Source: a bacterium (lineage in GTDB: Bacteria; Krumholzibacteriota; Krumholzibacteriia; G020349025). Taken from it: a DNA stretch of 64,000 bases. Position numbers and translations under genes: made by a program. Shown here piece after piece: positions 1 through 10,452 of this stretch. Location: contig JANLSU010000078.1 in NCBI GenBank assembly GCA_031362565.1, positions 1 through 64,000 on the forward strand. Reading direction: 5' to 3'. The first letter of the stretch is position 1. Every line of letters starts with the position of its first letter. Under the pieces are notes generated by a model that was not told the DNA's origin, made no database searches, and saw nothing but the letters and a program-made list of their open reading frames with translations.

Positions 1-1113
1 GACCGCTTTCAAAGCCAGTGCGCCGCGATTTTTGCCGTGCATCCGTTTCCGCTCCTCAAGGTGCGCTTCTACCTACACGAGGACGAATGGAAGATCGGGC
101 AACTGAACCCCATGTCGGTCGCGCAACTCGATCCGGCCGAGTTGACGCTGCTCGAACGAGAGCTGGCGGCACCGCGCTGCTTCGATCCACCGCCCCAGCC
201 CACGGCCGGTCAACTCCGGCGCGTCGCGTGCCTGTGGGATCCGGATGACCGTTTCGCCGCCTCCGACCGCGAAACCTTGGCGCGGTTCGCCGCCGCCGCA
301 CCGCGGCACGGACTGCTCTTCGAGCGCATTGGTTGCGACGATTTGCCGCGGCTCGCCGAGTTCGATGCGCTCTTCATCCGCACCGTGACGGCCATCGACC
401 ACTACTCCTTTGCGTTCGCGCAGGCTGCCGAAAGCCTCGGGATTCCAGTCATCGACGATCCGCAATCGATCCTGCGCTGCACGAACAAGGTGTACATGCA
501 CGAAGCCTTCCAGCGTGACGGCATCGCCTCGCCGCAGACGGCGATCATTTCACGCCGCTCGTCGTTCGAAGCCGCGCGCCGCATCGGTTTCCCGCTCATC
601 GTCAAGATGCCGGACGGGACTTTTTCGCAGTCGGTCAAGAAGGCCGACAACGAAGCTGAATTCGATGCGATCACCCAGGAGATGTTCCGGCGCTCGCCGC
701 TGCTGGTGATTCAGGAATTCCTGCCGACGGCCTTCGACTGGCGCATCGGTGTCCTGGCCGGCCGGCCGCTCTTCGCCTGCAAGTACCATATGGCCGAAGG
801 CCACTGGCAGATCGCCAAGATGACGCGCGACGGCGAGTCCGAATTCGGGCACGTCGAGGCGCTCGAGATCAGCGCCGTGCCGGCTCCGGTGCTGGCGCTG
901 GCACTCCGCAGTGCAGAAGTCATTGGCGATGGTCTGTATGGCGTCGATCTCAAGGAGACGCCTGCGGGGCCGGTGGTCATCGAGATCAACGACAACCCCA
1001 ATTTGCAAGTCGGCTACGAGGACGGTGTCGAGGGCGAGCGCGTCTACGATGCGATCTTGGCGGCGTTCGCGGCCCGCATCCAGAACCGGGCCGGCGCACG
1101 GGAGCACGCATGA
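1..1113 (+). CDS. RimK-family ATP-grasp ligase (5' end truncated by window)
   Basis: Frame open from base 1. ATP-grasp motifs CTNKVY, PLIVKMPDGTFS, IQEFLP..DWRIGV, LYGVDL..VIEINDNP. Confidence 0.9.
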   Translation, partial: DRFQSQCAAIFAVHPFPLLKVRFYLHEDEWKIGQLNPMSVAQLDPAELTLLERELAAPRCFDPPPQPTAGQLRRVACLWDPDDRFAASDRETLARFAAAAPRHGLLFERIGCDDLPRLAEFDALFIRTVTAIDHYSFAFAQAAESLGIPVIDDPQSILRCTNKVYMHEAFQRDGIASPQTAIISRRSSFEAARRIGFPLIVKMPDGTFSQSVKKADNEAEFDAITQEMFRRSPLLVIQEFLPTAFDWRIGVLAGRPLFACKYHMAEGHWQIAKMTRDGESEFGHVEALEISAVPAPVLALALRSAEVIGDGLYGVDLKETPAGPVVIEINDNPNLQVGYEDGVEGERVYDAILAAFAARIQNRAGAREHA

Positions 1114-2411
1114 GCGTCGATGCAACGGCCGTTGCCCCAGCGGGCCGGACGGCGAAGGGTGCAGCCAAGAAGCCCCTTTACCGGCTGTTCGAGGTGACGG
1201 GTCTCGAACTCGAGTATGCAGTCGTCGATGCGGCGCTCGAGCCCCAGTGCTTGGTCGAGAAAGCGTTTCGCGCTATTGCCGGACGGCCGACGTCCGACGT
1301 CGACTTCGAGACCATCGGCTTCTCGAACGAACTCGCGGCGCATGTGTTCGAAACCAAGACACTGGACCCGGTCGCCGACTTGGCCGACGCCGAACGGGCG
1401 CTCGTCGACGGCATCGGACGCTTTGCGGCGGTGTTGCGTGAGCGCTTCGGTGCCCGGTTGCTGCCCACCGCGATGCATCCATTCATGAAGCCGAGCGACA
1501 CGCACTTGTGGCGCCGCTCGGGGCGCGCCATCTACGAGACGTACGCGCGGCTCTTTCCAATTCACGAGCATGGCTGGCTGAACGTGCAAAGCTGCCAGGT
1601 CAATCTGCCGTTCGGGGTCTCCGAGGCGGAGACCGTCGCGTTGCACAACGCCGTCGCTTGCCTGCTGCCGTACCTGCCGGCGCTCGCCGCCAGTTCGCCT
1701 ATTTACGAAGGGCGATTCGGGCCGAGCGTCTGCAATCGGATGGCGTTCTACAAGACCAACCAACGCCGCGTCCCGGAGATTGCCGGGCGCATCGTGCCCG
1801 AATACATGACTTCGGTGGCGCAGTACCGGCGGGACGTCTTCGAACGCATCTATGCGGCGCTCGACCGCATCGAGGGGACGGCGCGGATCCGTCACGAGTT
1901 CGTCAACTCGCGCGGTGCGATCCTGCGCTTCGACCGCGATGCGATCGAAGTGCGCGTTATCGATCTGCAAGAATGTCCCAAGATGGATGTGGCGATCGCG
2001 ACCTTCGTGCGCCGCGCCGCCATGGCGCTCGTGCGCGCTTTGCAGGATGGGCGCTTGCGGTTGCCGGACCACGCGATCCTGGTCGAGGACTACGACGCTT
2101 GCGTGGTCCACGGCCGCGCCGCCCGGGTTTTCGCGCCGCACCTCGTGCTGGAAAGCCGCGCCACGGGCGGCACCGCGTCCGCCGAAACGGCGCTCACCTG
2201 CCTCTTGGACATGGCGGGCCGCGATGCGACGGCAAGCGAGGCGGCGTACCTGAAGCTGGTCGAGATGCGCTTGCGGAGCGGCAATCTCTCGGAGCGGATT
2301 CGCGCCGCGGTCGAACGCCGTGGGTCGACTGACGCCGCGCGCGCCGACGCCATTCGCGGCGTGTACACCGAACTCGCCGGCTGCCTCGACACCAACACGC
2401 CCTGGAACTGA
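1110..2411 (+). CDS. Glutamate--cysteine ligase family 2 (GCS2) carboxylate-amine ligase
   Basis: GLELEY, SNELAAHVFE, LLPTAMHPFM, HGWLNVQSCQVNLPF, RFDRDAIEVRVID. ATGA overlap with upstream gene. Confidence 0.88.
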   Translation: MSVDATAVAPAGRTAKGAAKKPLYRLFEVTGLELEYAVVDAALEPQCLVEKAFRAIAGRPTSDVDFETIGFSNELAAHVFETKTLDPVADLADAERALVDGIGRFAAVLRERFGARLLPTAMHPFMKPSDTHLWRRSGRAIYETYARLFPIHEHGWLNVQSCQVNLPFGVSEAETVALHNAVACLLPYLPALAASSPIYEGRFGPSVCNRMAFYKTNQRRVPEIAGRIVPEYMTSVAQYRRDVFERIYAALDRIEGTARIRHEFVNSRGAILRFDRDAIEVRVIDLQECPKMDVAIATFVRRAAMALVRALQDGRLRLPDHAILVEDYDACVVHGRAARVFAPHLVLESRATGGTASAETALTCLLDMAGRDATASEAAYLKLVEMRLRSGNLSERIRAAVERRGSTDAARADAIRGVYTELAGCLDTNTPWN

Positions 2412-3142
2412 TGCGATTCCGACCCGAACACTGTGTCGTGACCTGCGAACACGCGTCGAACCGCGTGCCGAAGGGCTATGGCCGGTTGGGACTGCCGGCC
2501 AGGCGGCTACGCGAGCACATCGCGTGGGATCCGGGAGCCGCCATCATGGCGAAGCGACTCGCGGCCGAGCTCGATTGTCCGCTGCATCTGGGCCGTTGGA
2601 CGCGCTTGCTCGTCGACCTGAACCGCAGCCTCGGCCACAAAAAATTGATGGCCGAGGAGAGCTTCGGCATCGCCGTCCCCGGCAATGCGGCGCTCTCGGC
2701 CGCCGAGGTTGCGCAGCGCATCCGCACCTATTACCGGCCGTATCGTGCCGCGACGACCGCCTCCATCGCCACGACCCTGCGGGAGACGGGGCGCTGCCTG
2801 CATCTCAGCATTCATTCGTTCACGCCGGTCGTCGGTGGTGTGGTGCGGGACTGCGACGTAGGGCTCCTCTATGACCCGCGCCGGCCGCACGAATTGGCCT
2901 TCGCGCGCGCCCTGCGTCCGCATCTCGCCGCCCAGGGACTGCGCGTCCGCATGAACTATCCATACCGCGGCACCGATGATGGTTTCACGACCCGGATTCG
3001 CACGACGCTGCCCGCCGCGTGGTATGCCGGCCTCGAGATCGAAACGAATCAGAAGTTCCTGAAGACTCCTGCCGGTGCAGACAAGCTCGGCCGGATCCTG
3101 GCGACGGCGGTCGCCAACGTCCTGGCCGCCGCCACCTGCTAG
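2411..3142 (+). CDS. N-formylglutamate amidohydrolase family protein
   Basis: VTCEHASN, HIAWDPGA, TRLLVDLNRS, LSIHSFTP, NYPY, EIE. TGATG coupling with upstream gene. Confidence 0.88.
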   Translation: MRFRPEHCVVTCEHASNRVPKGYGRLGLPARRLREHIAWDPGAAIMAKRLAAELDCPLHLGRWTRLLVDLNRSLGHKKLMAEESFGIAVPGNAALSAAEVAQRIRTYYRPYRAATTASIATTLRETGRCLHLSIHSFTPVVGGVVRDCDVGLLYDPRRPHELAFARALRPHLAAQGLRVRMNYPYRGTDDGFTTRIRTTLPAAWYAGLEIETNQKFLKTPAGADKLGRILATAVANVLAAATC

Positions 3143-5793
3143 TCGACCGGCAGCCAGTAGGTCAACTTCGCCGCCAGGACGTCATCGCCGGATGCCGAAA
3201 GTGCGTCCCAGAGATCGCCGGCGCGCGCCAGGCGGCGCGATTGTCCGAACTGCGACCGGTCGTTCTGCCAAATGAGAAAGAACGTGCTGCCCGCACGCCA
3301 TTCCCAGCGCAGTACCATGTTGCTGCGGAACGACAGGCTGCGGAAATCGCCGAGGTAGTCGCCGCCTGAGGCAAGAAAAATAGTGTCGGCCCCATCGGTG
3401 ATTGTGATGTTGCCGTCGGCGTCGCGGTCGAAGGTCGTACCATCGGTGCCGTAGTAGCGGAGCGCATTGGTACGCGCCGCCCGCAATTCTCCGAAGCGGG
3501 CGAATCGCCCCGTGGCGACGAACGGCTCGGCATAGGCTTCGAGGGTCAGGTCTTGGTTGAAACCGTACGTCGCGCGCACCTGGGCCGAGACCGTACTGCG
3601 GTCGAGACGCGCGAAGATAATTCGCTGCCCGAAGGCGGCCGCAGGGCCGTTGTCGCGCCGGGCAATGAACTGGCGCCCGGTGGCGCCATGGTCATAGAAC
3701 GGCGCCACGCTCAGCTCCCAGCGGTCGCCGAGCCGGCCGCTCAGGCTCGCGCCGATTTGCCAATCGTATGATCCGATCTCGTTGTGCGCCCCGTTCGTGT
3801 AGACATTCCATTGGCGCGTCGACGCAAAGTTGCCGTTCACTGAACCGCCGAGGTTCAGGATCCGCGGGTAGAGAAACAACGGCCCGCCGCGGGTCTGATC
3901 GTCGTTCAGGGCCCGGATGGAGTAGCCGGCATAGGCGGAGGTGTGAACGAAATTGGGCCAGGTCACGTCGGCGTCGAATTCGCCATAGGTGCGCTTGCGC
4001 GCCCCGCCGAAGTTGAAATCGTTCTGGGCGACGAGCCCGAACTCGTAGTCGCGCGTCATGCGCCCCGGCTTGGTGTTGCGGTAACGCAGGTTGAACGATT
4101 GGTCGATATCGTCGGCGCTCGAGAGCCGCCCGGCATCGTTCAGTTCGAGTCCGGGAGATTCGAAAACCGTCGAACCGCTCCACAACCAGTGCGTCCCGCT
4201 GCGGCGCGCGCCGCGGATGTTCGCGGTCCAACCGCCGAGGCTGGTGCGGGTCGGGTCGAATTTGACGTGGCCCGCATCCGGACGCTGAAAATAGCGCGCC
4301 GACGCGGTCTGGACGCGGGCAATCGCCGCGGGGCTGCCTTCGACCCAGCTGAATCCTGCATAGCCGCCGAATTCGTATTCGCCGCCCTTGAAGCGCAGCA
4401 GCCAGTCGCCGCCCCCCGAGTAGGCGTGCCGCGTCACCCGGTCTGCAAGCGCGTCGCCGGCACGCAGGTCACGGCTGACGCCGGTCCAACTGAGGCCGAC
4501 GGTGGATTTTGACGCGCCGAATTCCTGCTGCGCGCGGAGGACACCGTAGCCGGTGCGCGGCGCCACCTTGATGCGGTCATGCACTCCACCGGTCGACACC
4601 TTCGCGAACTCGCGGTCGGTGAGCGCCGACAGCACGCCGAGCGAAGCGCCGTTCGCAAGCCGCCCGGTGACTTTTGCGGCGCCGAGAATGGTGCTGGTGC
4701 GCGGAAAGTCGACGAAATCGCCGTTTGCGACGCCGGGGGGGGCGGCGCCGATGCGCCGTGAATAGAAGTAGTTCGCGCCGTTGCCGTTCAGCAGTTGGCT
4801 GCCCTCGGTGAAAAACGGCCGCCGTTCGTCGAAAAACGTTTCGAAGGCGGTCAGGTTCACTTCGGCGGGGTCAGCTTCCACTTGTCCGAAATCGGGATTC
4901 ACCGTGCCGTCGAGCGTCAGGTTTGGACCCAGGCCCATCTTGAGATCGCTGCCGGCGCGGCCGGAGAACTCCGCCGAATCGCGAAACGGGTCGGCGGGGT
5001 CGACGTTGTCGCGGAAGTTTCCGTCGCTCGCGACATACGGCAGCAGTTCGAGCCGCCGCGAGGGCTTGATTCCTTCAATGCCTTCCAGATCGCCGAAATG
5101 CGATGCCCAACCGGTACCGTTCTTCGGCGTGTAGATCCAGAAGTCGTCTTCGTTGCGCGCCGGAACCCAGCGGTTCAAGTTCAGGCCCCAGCGTTGAGAC
5201 GGCGCATCGTTGAAGCGGAGCTGCGAGAAAGGGATCCGAATTTCCGTCGTCCAGCCGGCCGAATCGATGGCGGTGTGTGCATCCCAGACGGGATTGTACG
5301 TGTGGTCGCGGGTGTACTCGTCGTCCACCGGATGGTAGTACTCGGAGCGCACACCGGCCACGGACACCGAGAAACTGTAGGCCGTACGCCGGTCGCCGTA
5401 GGTGTCGAGCGACACGATGATGCGCTCGGTGTTTCCCGGCTTGTCGTGGCGGCTCATGAGCAGGCGGATGTCATTGGGATTGTTGCTCGACATGCGTGCC
5501 CCGATCCAGAGGGCGTCCGAGTCGTACAGGATGCCGACCTCGGTGCGCTCGCCGCACGGTGCGCCTTCTTTGGGGTCCTTCTGCAGAAAATCGTCGATCC
5601 AATGCGCCGATTGCCAGGCGGACTCGTCGAGCCGGCCGTCGAGATGCAATGATCGGCCTTGAATGCGTACCGCTTGGGCGCGTTTGCGTTGGCCGTTCGG
5701 CAGGTCCTGGGCGTTCGCATACGGAGCGACGGTGAGAAGTACGGCGGCGGCGGCCATGCCGCACCATCCCACGATTGCAGCTCGAGCCTTCAA
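3139..5793 (-). CDS. DUF5916 / CBM9-like domain outer-membrane protein
   Basis: Signal peptide. LDGRLDESAW, EIRIPFSQLRF, TVNPDFGQVEAD, ETFFDERRPFF, C-terminal KLTYW. TTG start with GAGGGG upstream. Confidence 0.85.
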   Translation of the reverse strand: MKARAAIVGWCGMAAAAVLLTVAPYANAQDLPNGQRKRAQAVRIQGRSLHLDGRLDESAWQSAHWIDDFLQKDPKEGAPCGERTEVGILYDSDALWIGARMSSNNPNDIRLLMSRHDKPGNTERIIVSLDTYGDRRTAYSFSVSVAGVRSEYYHPVDDEYTRDHTYNPVWDAHTAIDSAGWTTEIRIPFSQLRFNDAPSQRWGLNLNRWVPARNEDDFWIYTPKNGTGWASHFGDLEGIEGIKPSRRLELLPYVASDGNFRDNVDPADPFRDSAEFSGRAGSDLKMGLGPNLTLDGTVNPDFGQVEADPAEVNLTAFETFFDERRPFFTEGSQLLNGNGANYFYSRRIGAAPPGVANGDFVDFPRTSTILGAAKVTGRLANGASLGVLSALTDREFAKVSTGGVHDRIKVAPRTGYGVLRAQQEFGASKSTVGLSWTGVSRDLRAGDALADRVTRHAYSGGGDWLLRFKGGEYEFGGYAGFSWVEGSPAAIARVQTASARYFQRPDAGHVKFDPTRTSLGGWTANIRGARRSGTHWLWSGSTVFESPGLELNDAGRLSSADDIDQSFNLRYRNTKPGRMTRDYEFGLVAQNDFNFGGARKRTYGEFDADVTWPNFVHTSAYAGYSIRALNDDQTRGGPLFLYPRILNLGGSVNGNFASTRQWNVYTNGAHNEIGSYDWQIGASLSGRLGDRWELSVAPFYDHGATGRQFIARRDNGPAAAFGQRIIFARLDRSTVSAQVRATYGFNQDLTLEAYAEPFVATGRFARFGELRAARTNALRYYGTDGTTFDRDADGNITITDGADTIFLASGGDYLGDFRSLSFRSNMVLRWEWRAGSTFFLIWQNDRSQFGQSRRLARAGDLWDALSASGDDVLAAKLTYWLPVD

Positions 5794-5925
5794 GCTTCCC
5801 CCTCGATCGGTATGGCGACGAGCTAGTGTACGCGAAGCTCAGGGGCCGAGTTCCGAACCGGATTTGTCGCCGAGACGTAAAAATGCGAATCTGACACTGG
5901 AACACTGGACCGAACGGAGGCCGGC

Positions 5926-6417
5926 ATGGCTACCCCAGGCGAATCGGTCGGAGTCGCTTTCCAGGATGTCACAGGCGGCGGCGACGTCGAACGCGTGCGC
6001 GAACTCTTCCGCGAGTACGAGGCGGCGCTCGGCATCAGCCTTTGTTTTCAGGGTTTCAACGACGAACTCGCAGGTTTGCCGGGTGAATATGCGCCGCCGG
6101 GCGGCCGCTTGCTGCTGGCGCACTCGGCTGGGCGTATCGCCGGCTGCGTCGCATTGCGCCGCATCGATGCCGCGACGTGCGAAATGAAGCGTCTCTTCGT
6201 GCGGCCGGAATTCCGTGGCCTCGGGCTGGGACGGCGGCTCGCAACCGAATGCCTTGCGACCGGCCGCCGGCTTGGATATGCGCAGTTGCGGCTCGACACC
6301 TTACCCATCATGCGCGAGGCCCGGGCGATGTATCGCGACCTGGGTTTCTACGAGATTGCGCCGTATCGAGCCAATCCGGTCGAAGGCACGCTGTACTTGC
6401 AGATCGACTTGGGCTGA
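5926..6417 (+). CDS. GNAT family N-acetyltransferase
   Basis: [48 protein letters not shown]. Confidence 0.92.
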   Translation: MATPGESVGVAFQDVTGGGDVERVRELFREYEAALGISLCFQGFNDELAGLPGEYAPPGGRLLLAHSAGRIAGCVALRRIDAATCEMKRLFVRPEFRGLGLGRRLATECLATGRRLGYAQLRLDTLPIMREARAMYRDLGFYEIAPYRANPVEGTLYLQIDLG

Positions 6418-6426
6418 GCGCGGCGG

Positions 6427-8871
6427 TCAGCGAAGCACGGTGACTTTACGCGTCGACGCGCCGCGCTCCGTCACCAGGTGCATGAAGTAGATGCCGGTGG
6501 GAGCGGGTTCGCCGCGGGCGTTACGCAAGTCCCAGGCCGCGTGCGCCGGACCACCAAGTGCATCCACTCGCAAAACGGTATTCACGAGCCGGCCGCGCGC
6601 ATCGTAGACCACAAGCCGCACCGGTCCCGGCGCCGACAACGTCCAACTCAGCTCGACAGGTTTGCGGGCGGGATTGTGCACCGCTCCCAGTTCGTCGAGC
6701 CGGCGGATGGTGCGCAGGCCGGCGCCGTTCCAGGCGGCCAGACCGCCGGTGGGTTTGTCGCCGGCGAGGCTCTGGTTGGTGCCGATATACAGCATGCCAC
6801 GCCATTCCGCCGCCAGCTGCTCTTCCTCGTAGGAGGAGGAGTACTGCGTCCCGTTCCACAGTCCCGACCCCGGTCGCAACCAGTGCACTCCGTCGAAAAG
6901 TGCCATCGTCGACGGCGGGGCCAGGCGTTGGTCGGGGTTCGTGACGACGAGCCAATCGCCGTAGGTCGTGACGTCCGTGATGAACCGATTCGGCGGCGCG
7001 ATCGCCACCCACCGCGCCCCGTTCCAGGTGGCAAGACCATGCGTCTCGCGTCCACCCGCGAGGAGGAGGTCACCGCTCGCCAGCACCAACTCGCCACGCC
7101 ATTGGGTGAGGTGCGGGTTGTACTGCAGGTAGGAATCGAACTCGAGTCCGTCGTCGAGCCGCTGCCAGTCCCGTCCATCCCAACGTGCGACCACACGGGC
7201 CCGGCCTTCGCCGGCAAATTCGAACCTGCCGCAAGCGATGAGTTGACCGTCATAGATCTCGAGGGACGACACGTCGTGCCAACTCCCACGGACGCCGCGC
7301 CCCAGGGGATGCCACGTTTGTCCATCCCACACTGCCGTCCGATCGACGAGATCGGCGCCGATGCGCCGGAACGACCCGGCCGCGAACAGCCGGCGGCCGT
7401 CGCTCGCGAACGCCAGCACTGCCCCCTCGCTTACACCCTCGCCGAGGGAGGACCAGCGCGTCCCGTCCCACACCGCAACATCGTTCACCTTCAGGTCACC
7501 CGCGGCGGTGAAGTCCCCGCCGGCAACGACTCGGTCACCGTGCACCGCGAGCGCGGTCACTGGACCATCGAATCCGCCGCCGCGCAACGACCAGTGCACT
7601 CCGTCCCAGGCCCCCACGGCGTTCAAATAGTGAGTCGAGTTCGCAGCTCGAAACACCCCCGCCACGAGCAACGCCTCCGGCGTCGAAAGCAATGCGCGTG
7701 CTTGTACGAGAAAAAGTGGGTTCGAGTCGGTGGCATTCCAGCCCTGCCCATCCCAGAGTGGGATTGGAATTCCGGGCCCGGAATTGAACAGCGTGTTGCG
7801 CGGCCGGATTTCTCCAAGCGCGCGCACACCCTCGGTCTCCTCGACGAGTCCCGTTACATCGCCGAATCGCATCGGCTCCGGCACATCAAGCGCATTCCAC
7901 CGCTGCCCGTCCCAGCGACGGATGTCGAATCCGTAGCGGTTGAAGGACGCCGCGGCCAAGAGGTCGTTGCCCTGCCGGGCCACTGCGTAAACGACCCTCA
8001 CTGAATCCGGTGCGAACCCAACTCTCTGCCACGCAGTACCGTCCCAGGCCGCGAGGGGCCCCGTCGGGGAGTCGCCGAACCGGTCGCAGTAGCCGCCGAC
8101 CAGGAGTCGACCGCGATCCACATGCAGAGTATTCAGGACGTCGTTGGCATCGCCGCCGAGCTGGGACCAATGACCCTCCACCGTTCGTTCGAGCACGCAA
8201 TTGTGAGAACCGATCGAATCAACAACCCGACCACACACGTGGGCTCGATCCTCGAACGACACGAGATCACGGACCGCAATACCGGTCCAAAGCTCCGCGC
8301 TCCAGTCATCCCATGAGTGCCCGTTCCAGCGGCCGACCCGCATCGTTGTCGGACCGGCAAAGAGACCTGCCGCCACGAGGTCGGTCCCGCACACGGCAAG
8401 CTGGTCCACGCTTCCAGTGGTGGAACCAACAGCGCGCCACGCCTGGCCATCCCATGCCATCACGGCGCTCGAATCCGTTGGCCCCCACCCAGCGGCGATC
8501 AGCCAATCGCCCCAAACCGCGAGGCACACAATCCGCTCCGTGAACGGCGGGCGCCGCGGGTCCCCGAGCGGTGCCCAGCCGACACCGTTCCAGACCGCGA
8601 CGTGCGGGACCTCGACCCCGTCGGCGCGATCGAAGTCCCCGGCGGCGACGAGCGCACCGTGGTAGCGCGCCACGTCATTCACTCTGGCGCGCGACGAACC
8701 TTGGGTCGTAAATCCGTGCGGCGGCAGCCCCCACCACGCGGAGTCATCGCCGACAACGCTGTCGGCGCCGGCGCTCGCCGGCAACACGCCGGCATCGGCG
8801 ACCAGAGCGTGCACGGCGAGAACTATCCAAGCCGCGACGGCCGTGCGATTCATTGCCATGAGCCCACGCAT
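6427..8871 (-). CDS. Secreted beta-propeller-like repeat protein (WDG/WNG repeats) with C-terminal FlgD-Ig-like domain
   Basis: Signal peptide after ATG 8871 (AGGAAGG RBS). Many (A/R)W(D/N)GxxW..LG repeats. C-terminus VYDARGRLV..WDLRNARGEPAPTGIYF. Confidence 0.75.
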   Translation of the reverse strand: MRGLMAMNRTAVAAWIVLAVHALVADAGVLPASAGADSVVGDDSAWWGLPPHGFTTQGSSRARVNDVARYHGALVAAGDFDRADGVEVPHVAVWNGVGWAPLGDPRRPPFTERIVCLAVWGDWLIAAGWGPTDSSAVMAWDGQAWRAVGSTTGSVDQLAVCGTDLVAAGLFAGPTTMRVGRWNGHSWDDWSAELWTGIAVRDLVSFEDRAHVCGRVVDSIGSHNCVLERTVEGHWSQLGGDANDVLNTLHVDRGRLLVGGYCDRFGDSPTGPLAAWDGTAWQRVGFAPDSVRVVYAVARQGNDLLAAASFNRYGFDIRRWDGQRWNALDVPEPMRFGDVTGLVEETEGVRALGEIRPRNTLFNSGPGIPIPLWDGQGWNATDSNPLFLVQARALLSTPEALLVAGVFRAANSTHYLNAVGAWDGVHWSLRGGGFDGPVTALAVHGDRVVAGGDFTAAGDLKVNDVAVWDGTRWSSLGEGVSEGAVLAFASDGRRLFAAGSFRRIGADLVDRTAVWDGQTWHPLGRGVRGSWHDVSSLEIYDGQLIACGRFEFAGEGRARVVARWDGRDWQRLDDGLEFDSYLQYNPHLTQWRGELVLASGDLLLAGGRETHGLATWNGARWVAIAPPNRFITDVTTYGDWLVVTNPDQRLAPPSTMALFDGVHWLRPGSGLWNGTQYSSSYEEEQLAAEWRGMLYIGTNQSLAGDKPTGGLAAWNGAGLRTIRRLDELGAVHNPARKPVELSWTLSAPGPVRLVVYDARGRLVNTVLRVDALGGPAHAAWDLRNARGEPAPTGIYFMHLVTERGASTRKVTVLR

Positions 8872-8938
8872 CGCGGCCTTCCTGGACACGCCAAAACCTC
8901 GGTGGGCCCGAATCGTAACACAGGCGTGGAGGATAGAG

Positions 8939-10408
8939 TCAGAGCGCGACCGGCGCGTAGCGCTGCACGTAGTCCGCGACATGGAATTTGCGGGCGGTGT
9001 TCTCGGACGTCATGTAGCGCACCGTGCCGTAGATCGGCCGTTCCGGGCCCCAGGCGCGGTCGAAGCGTCCGAGCACCCAGAAGATGCCGCTGTACGAATT
9101 CGGATTGCGACCATCCAATGCCCAGCGATTGTTGAGTTCGACCAGAGTCTCTAGCGCTGCTTGCGGGGTAGGCGACCATTCGAGAATTTTCTTGCCCCAG
9201 AGCATGCGCAGATAGTTGTGGATGCGGCCTTCGCGTACGAGTTGCGTTTGCGCCGCGTTCCACAAGGGATCATGCGTGCGAGCGTTTTCGAATGTTGCAT
9301 GATCGTACTTGTAGGCGCGGCGGTCACGCGCGTGCTTGGCGAGGGTCGCGAGCGCCCAGCCGGGCAATGACTCGAATTGATTGTAGTCGGCACGATGCCG
9401 GCAAAATACGTAGCCCAGTTCACGCCAAGTTACGAGTTCGTCCAAAAAGGATTCGGTTGCGGCGCTCGTGCCCCACCAACCTTGGCGTTTGCCACTGGCT
9501 TGGCTCGACACGTCCCGCGGCGTCCAGTCCTCGCGTTCGAGGACCGCATGTGCCACGGCATGTGCCGCAACATGTCCAAAATGCAGGTACGGCGAGAGAC
9601 CACTTGTGACATCTGCTTCGGGCTCCGAATGCTCGTCCAGGTAGCGCGGCAAGATCGGCAGGAAGGCGTCGAGAGCACGCGCGGCCGCAACAGCGCCGCC
9701 CTCCGTCGCCGACTCCGGAACGGCGTGGTCGATGGGAAACGCCGCGAGCGAACCGCCGGCCAGCAATTGCGGCGTCGCCTGCGGCCAGCGTTGCGCCACG
9801 TCGCGAGGGATGGAGCACGCCTCCGCCAACCGCACCCGGTACAACGGATCACGTTCCGGAAATGCTTCGAGATGCGGACGCAAGTTTTTCTGGAGAAAGC
9901 GCCGGAACGCGTAGGCGGTCGGAAAGTCTTGCGATGTTTCGCTGAGCGGCAACAGGCCGTTCGAATCGACGGCTTCGAGTCGCACCGGCATCGTGCGTGC
10001 CGCCGCTTCGACCATGCGCGGCAAGAAGAAGCACGGAAAATCGTCGGTCACAACGTGGCAGGCACGCGACGCAAGCGCTGCCAACAAGCCTTTGCCGGCG
10101 CCGCGTTGCGGCTCGACATACGGGTAGTACACGATCCCCGGCCGCTCGAGCCGTTTGGCGTTGTCACGCATCCCCTGCAAGACGAACCGGTGCAGGCGGT
10201 CGCTGGCCCAGCGGTAGTCCGAGCGTAATCCTTCGAGCACCACGAGTGGCTTGCCCAGCTCCCGCGCGCGGTGCACGGCATGCTGCAATCCAAAGTTCCA
10301 CGTCGTGCGCCGGGCGGCGATCATCCAGTACAGGACGTAGTCGCCATCGGCGCGCACCGGCGCGCGATTGCAGACGGCGATGCGCCCGGCTGGGATGGCG
10401 GTGGTCAT
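8939..10408 (-). CDS. Deoxyribodipyrimidine photolyase, class II type
   Basis: YVLYWM..ARR..WNFGL, SGLSPYLHFG, THDPLWNAAQ, GRIHNYLRMLWGKKILEW, LDGRNPNSY. Confidence 0.92.
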   Translation of the reverse strand: MTTAIPAGRIAVCNRAPVRADGDYVLYWMIAARRTTWNFGLQHAVHRARELGKPLVVLEGLRSDYRWASDRLHRFVLQGMRDNAKRLERPGIVYYPYVEPQRGAGKGLLAALASRACHVVTDDFPCFFLPRMVEAAARTMPVRLEAVDSNGLLPLSETSQDFPTAYAFRRFLQKNLRPHLEAFPERDPLYRVRLAEACSIPRDVAQRWPQATPQLLAGGSLAAFPIDHAVPESATEGGAVAAARALDAFLPILPRYLDEHSEPEADVTSGLSPYLHFGHVAAHAVAHAVLEREDWTPRDVSSQASGKRQGWWGTSAATESFLDELVTWRELGYVFCRHRADYNQFESLPGWALATLAKHARDRRAYKYDHATFENARTHDPLWNAAQTQLVREGRIHNYLRMLWGKKILEWSPTPQAALETLVELNNRWALDGRNPNSYSGIFWVLGRFDRAWGPERPIYGTVRYMTSENTARKFHVADYVQRYAPVAL

Positions 10409-10452
10409 GTGAAGTCCCGGCGACAGCGTCTACGGACGGTGTGGATGCGAAG

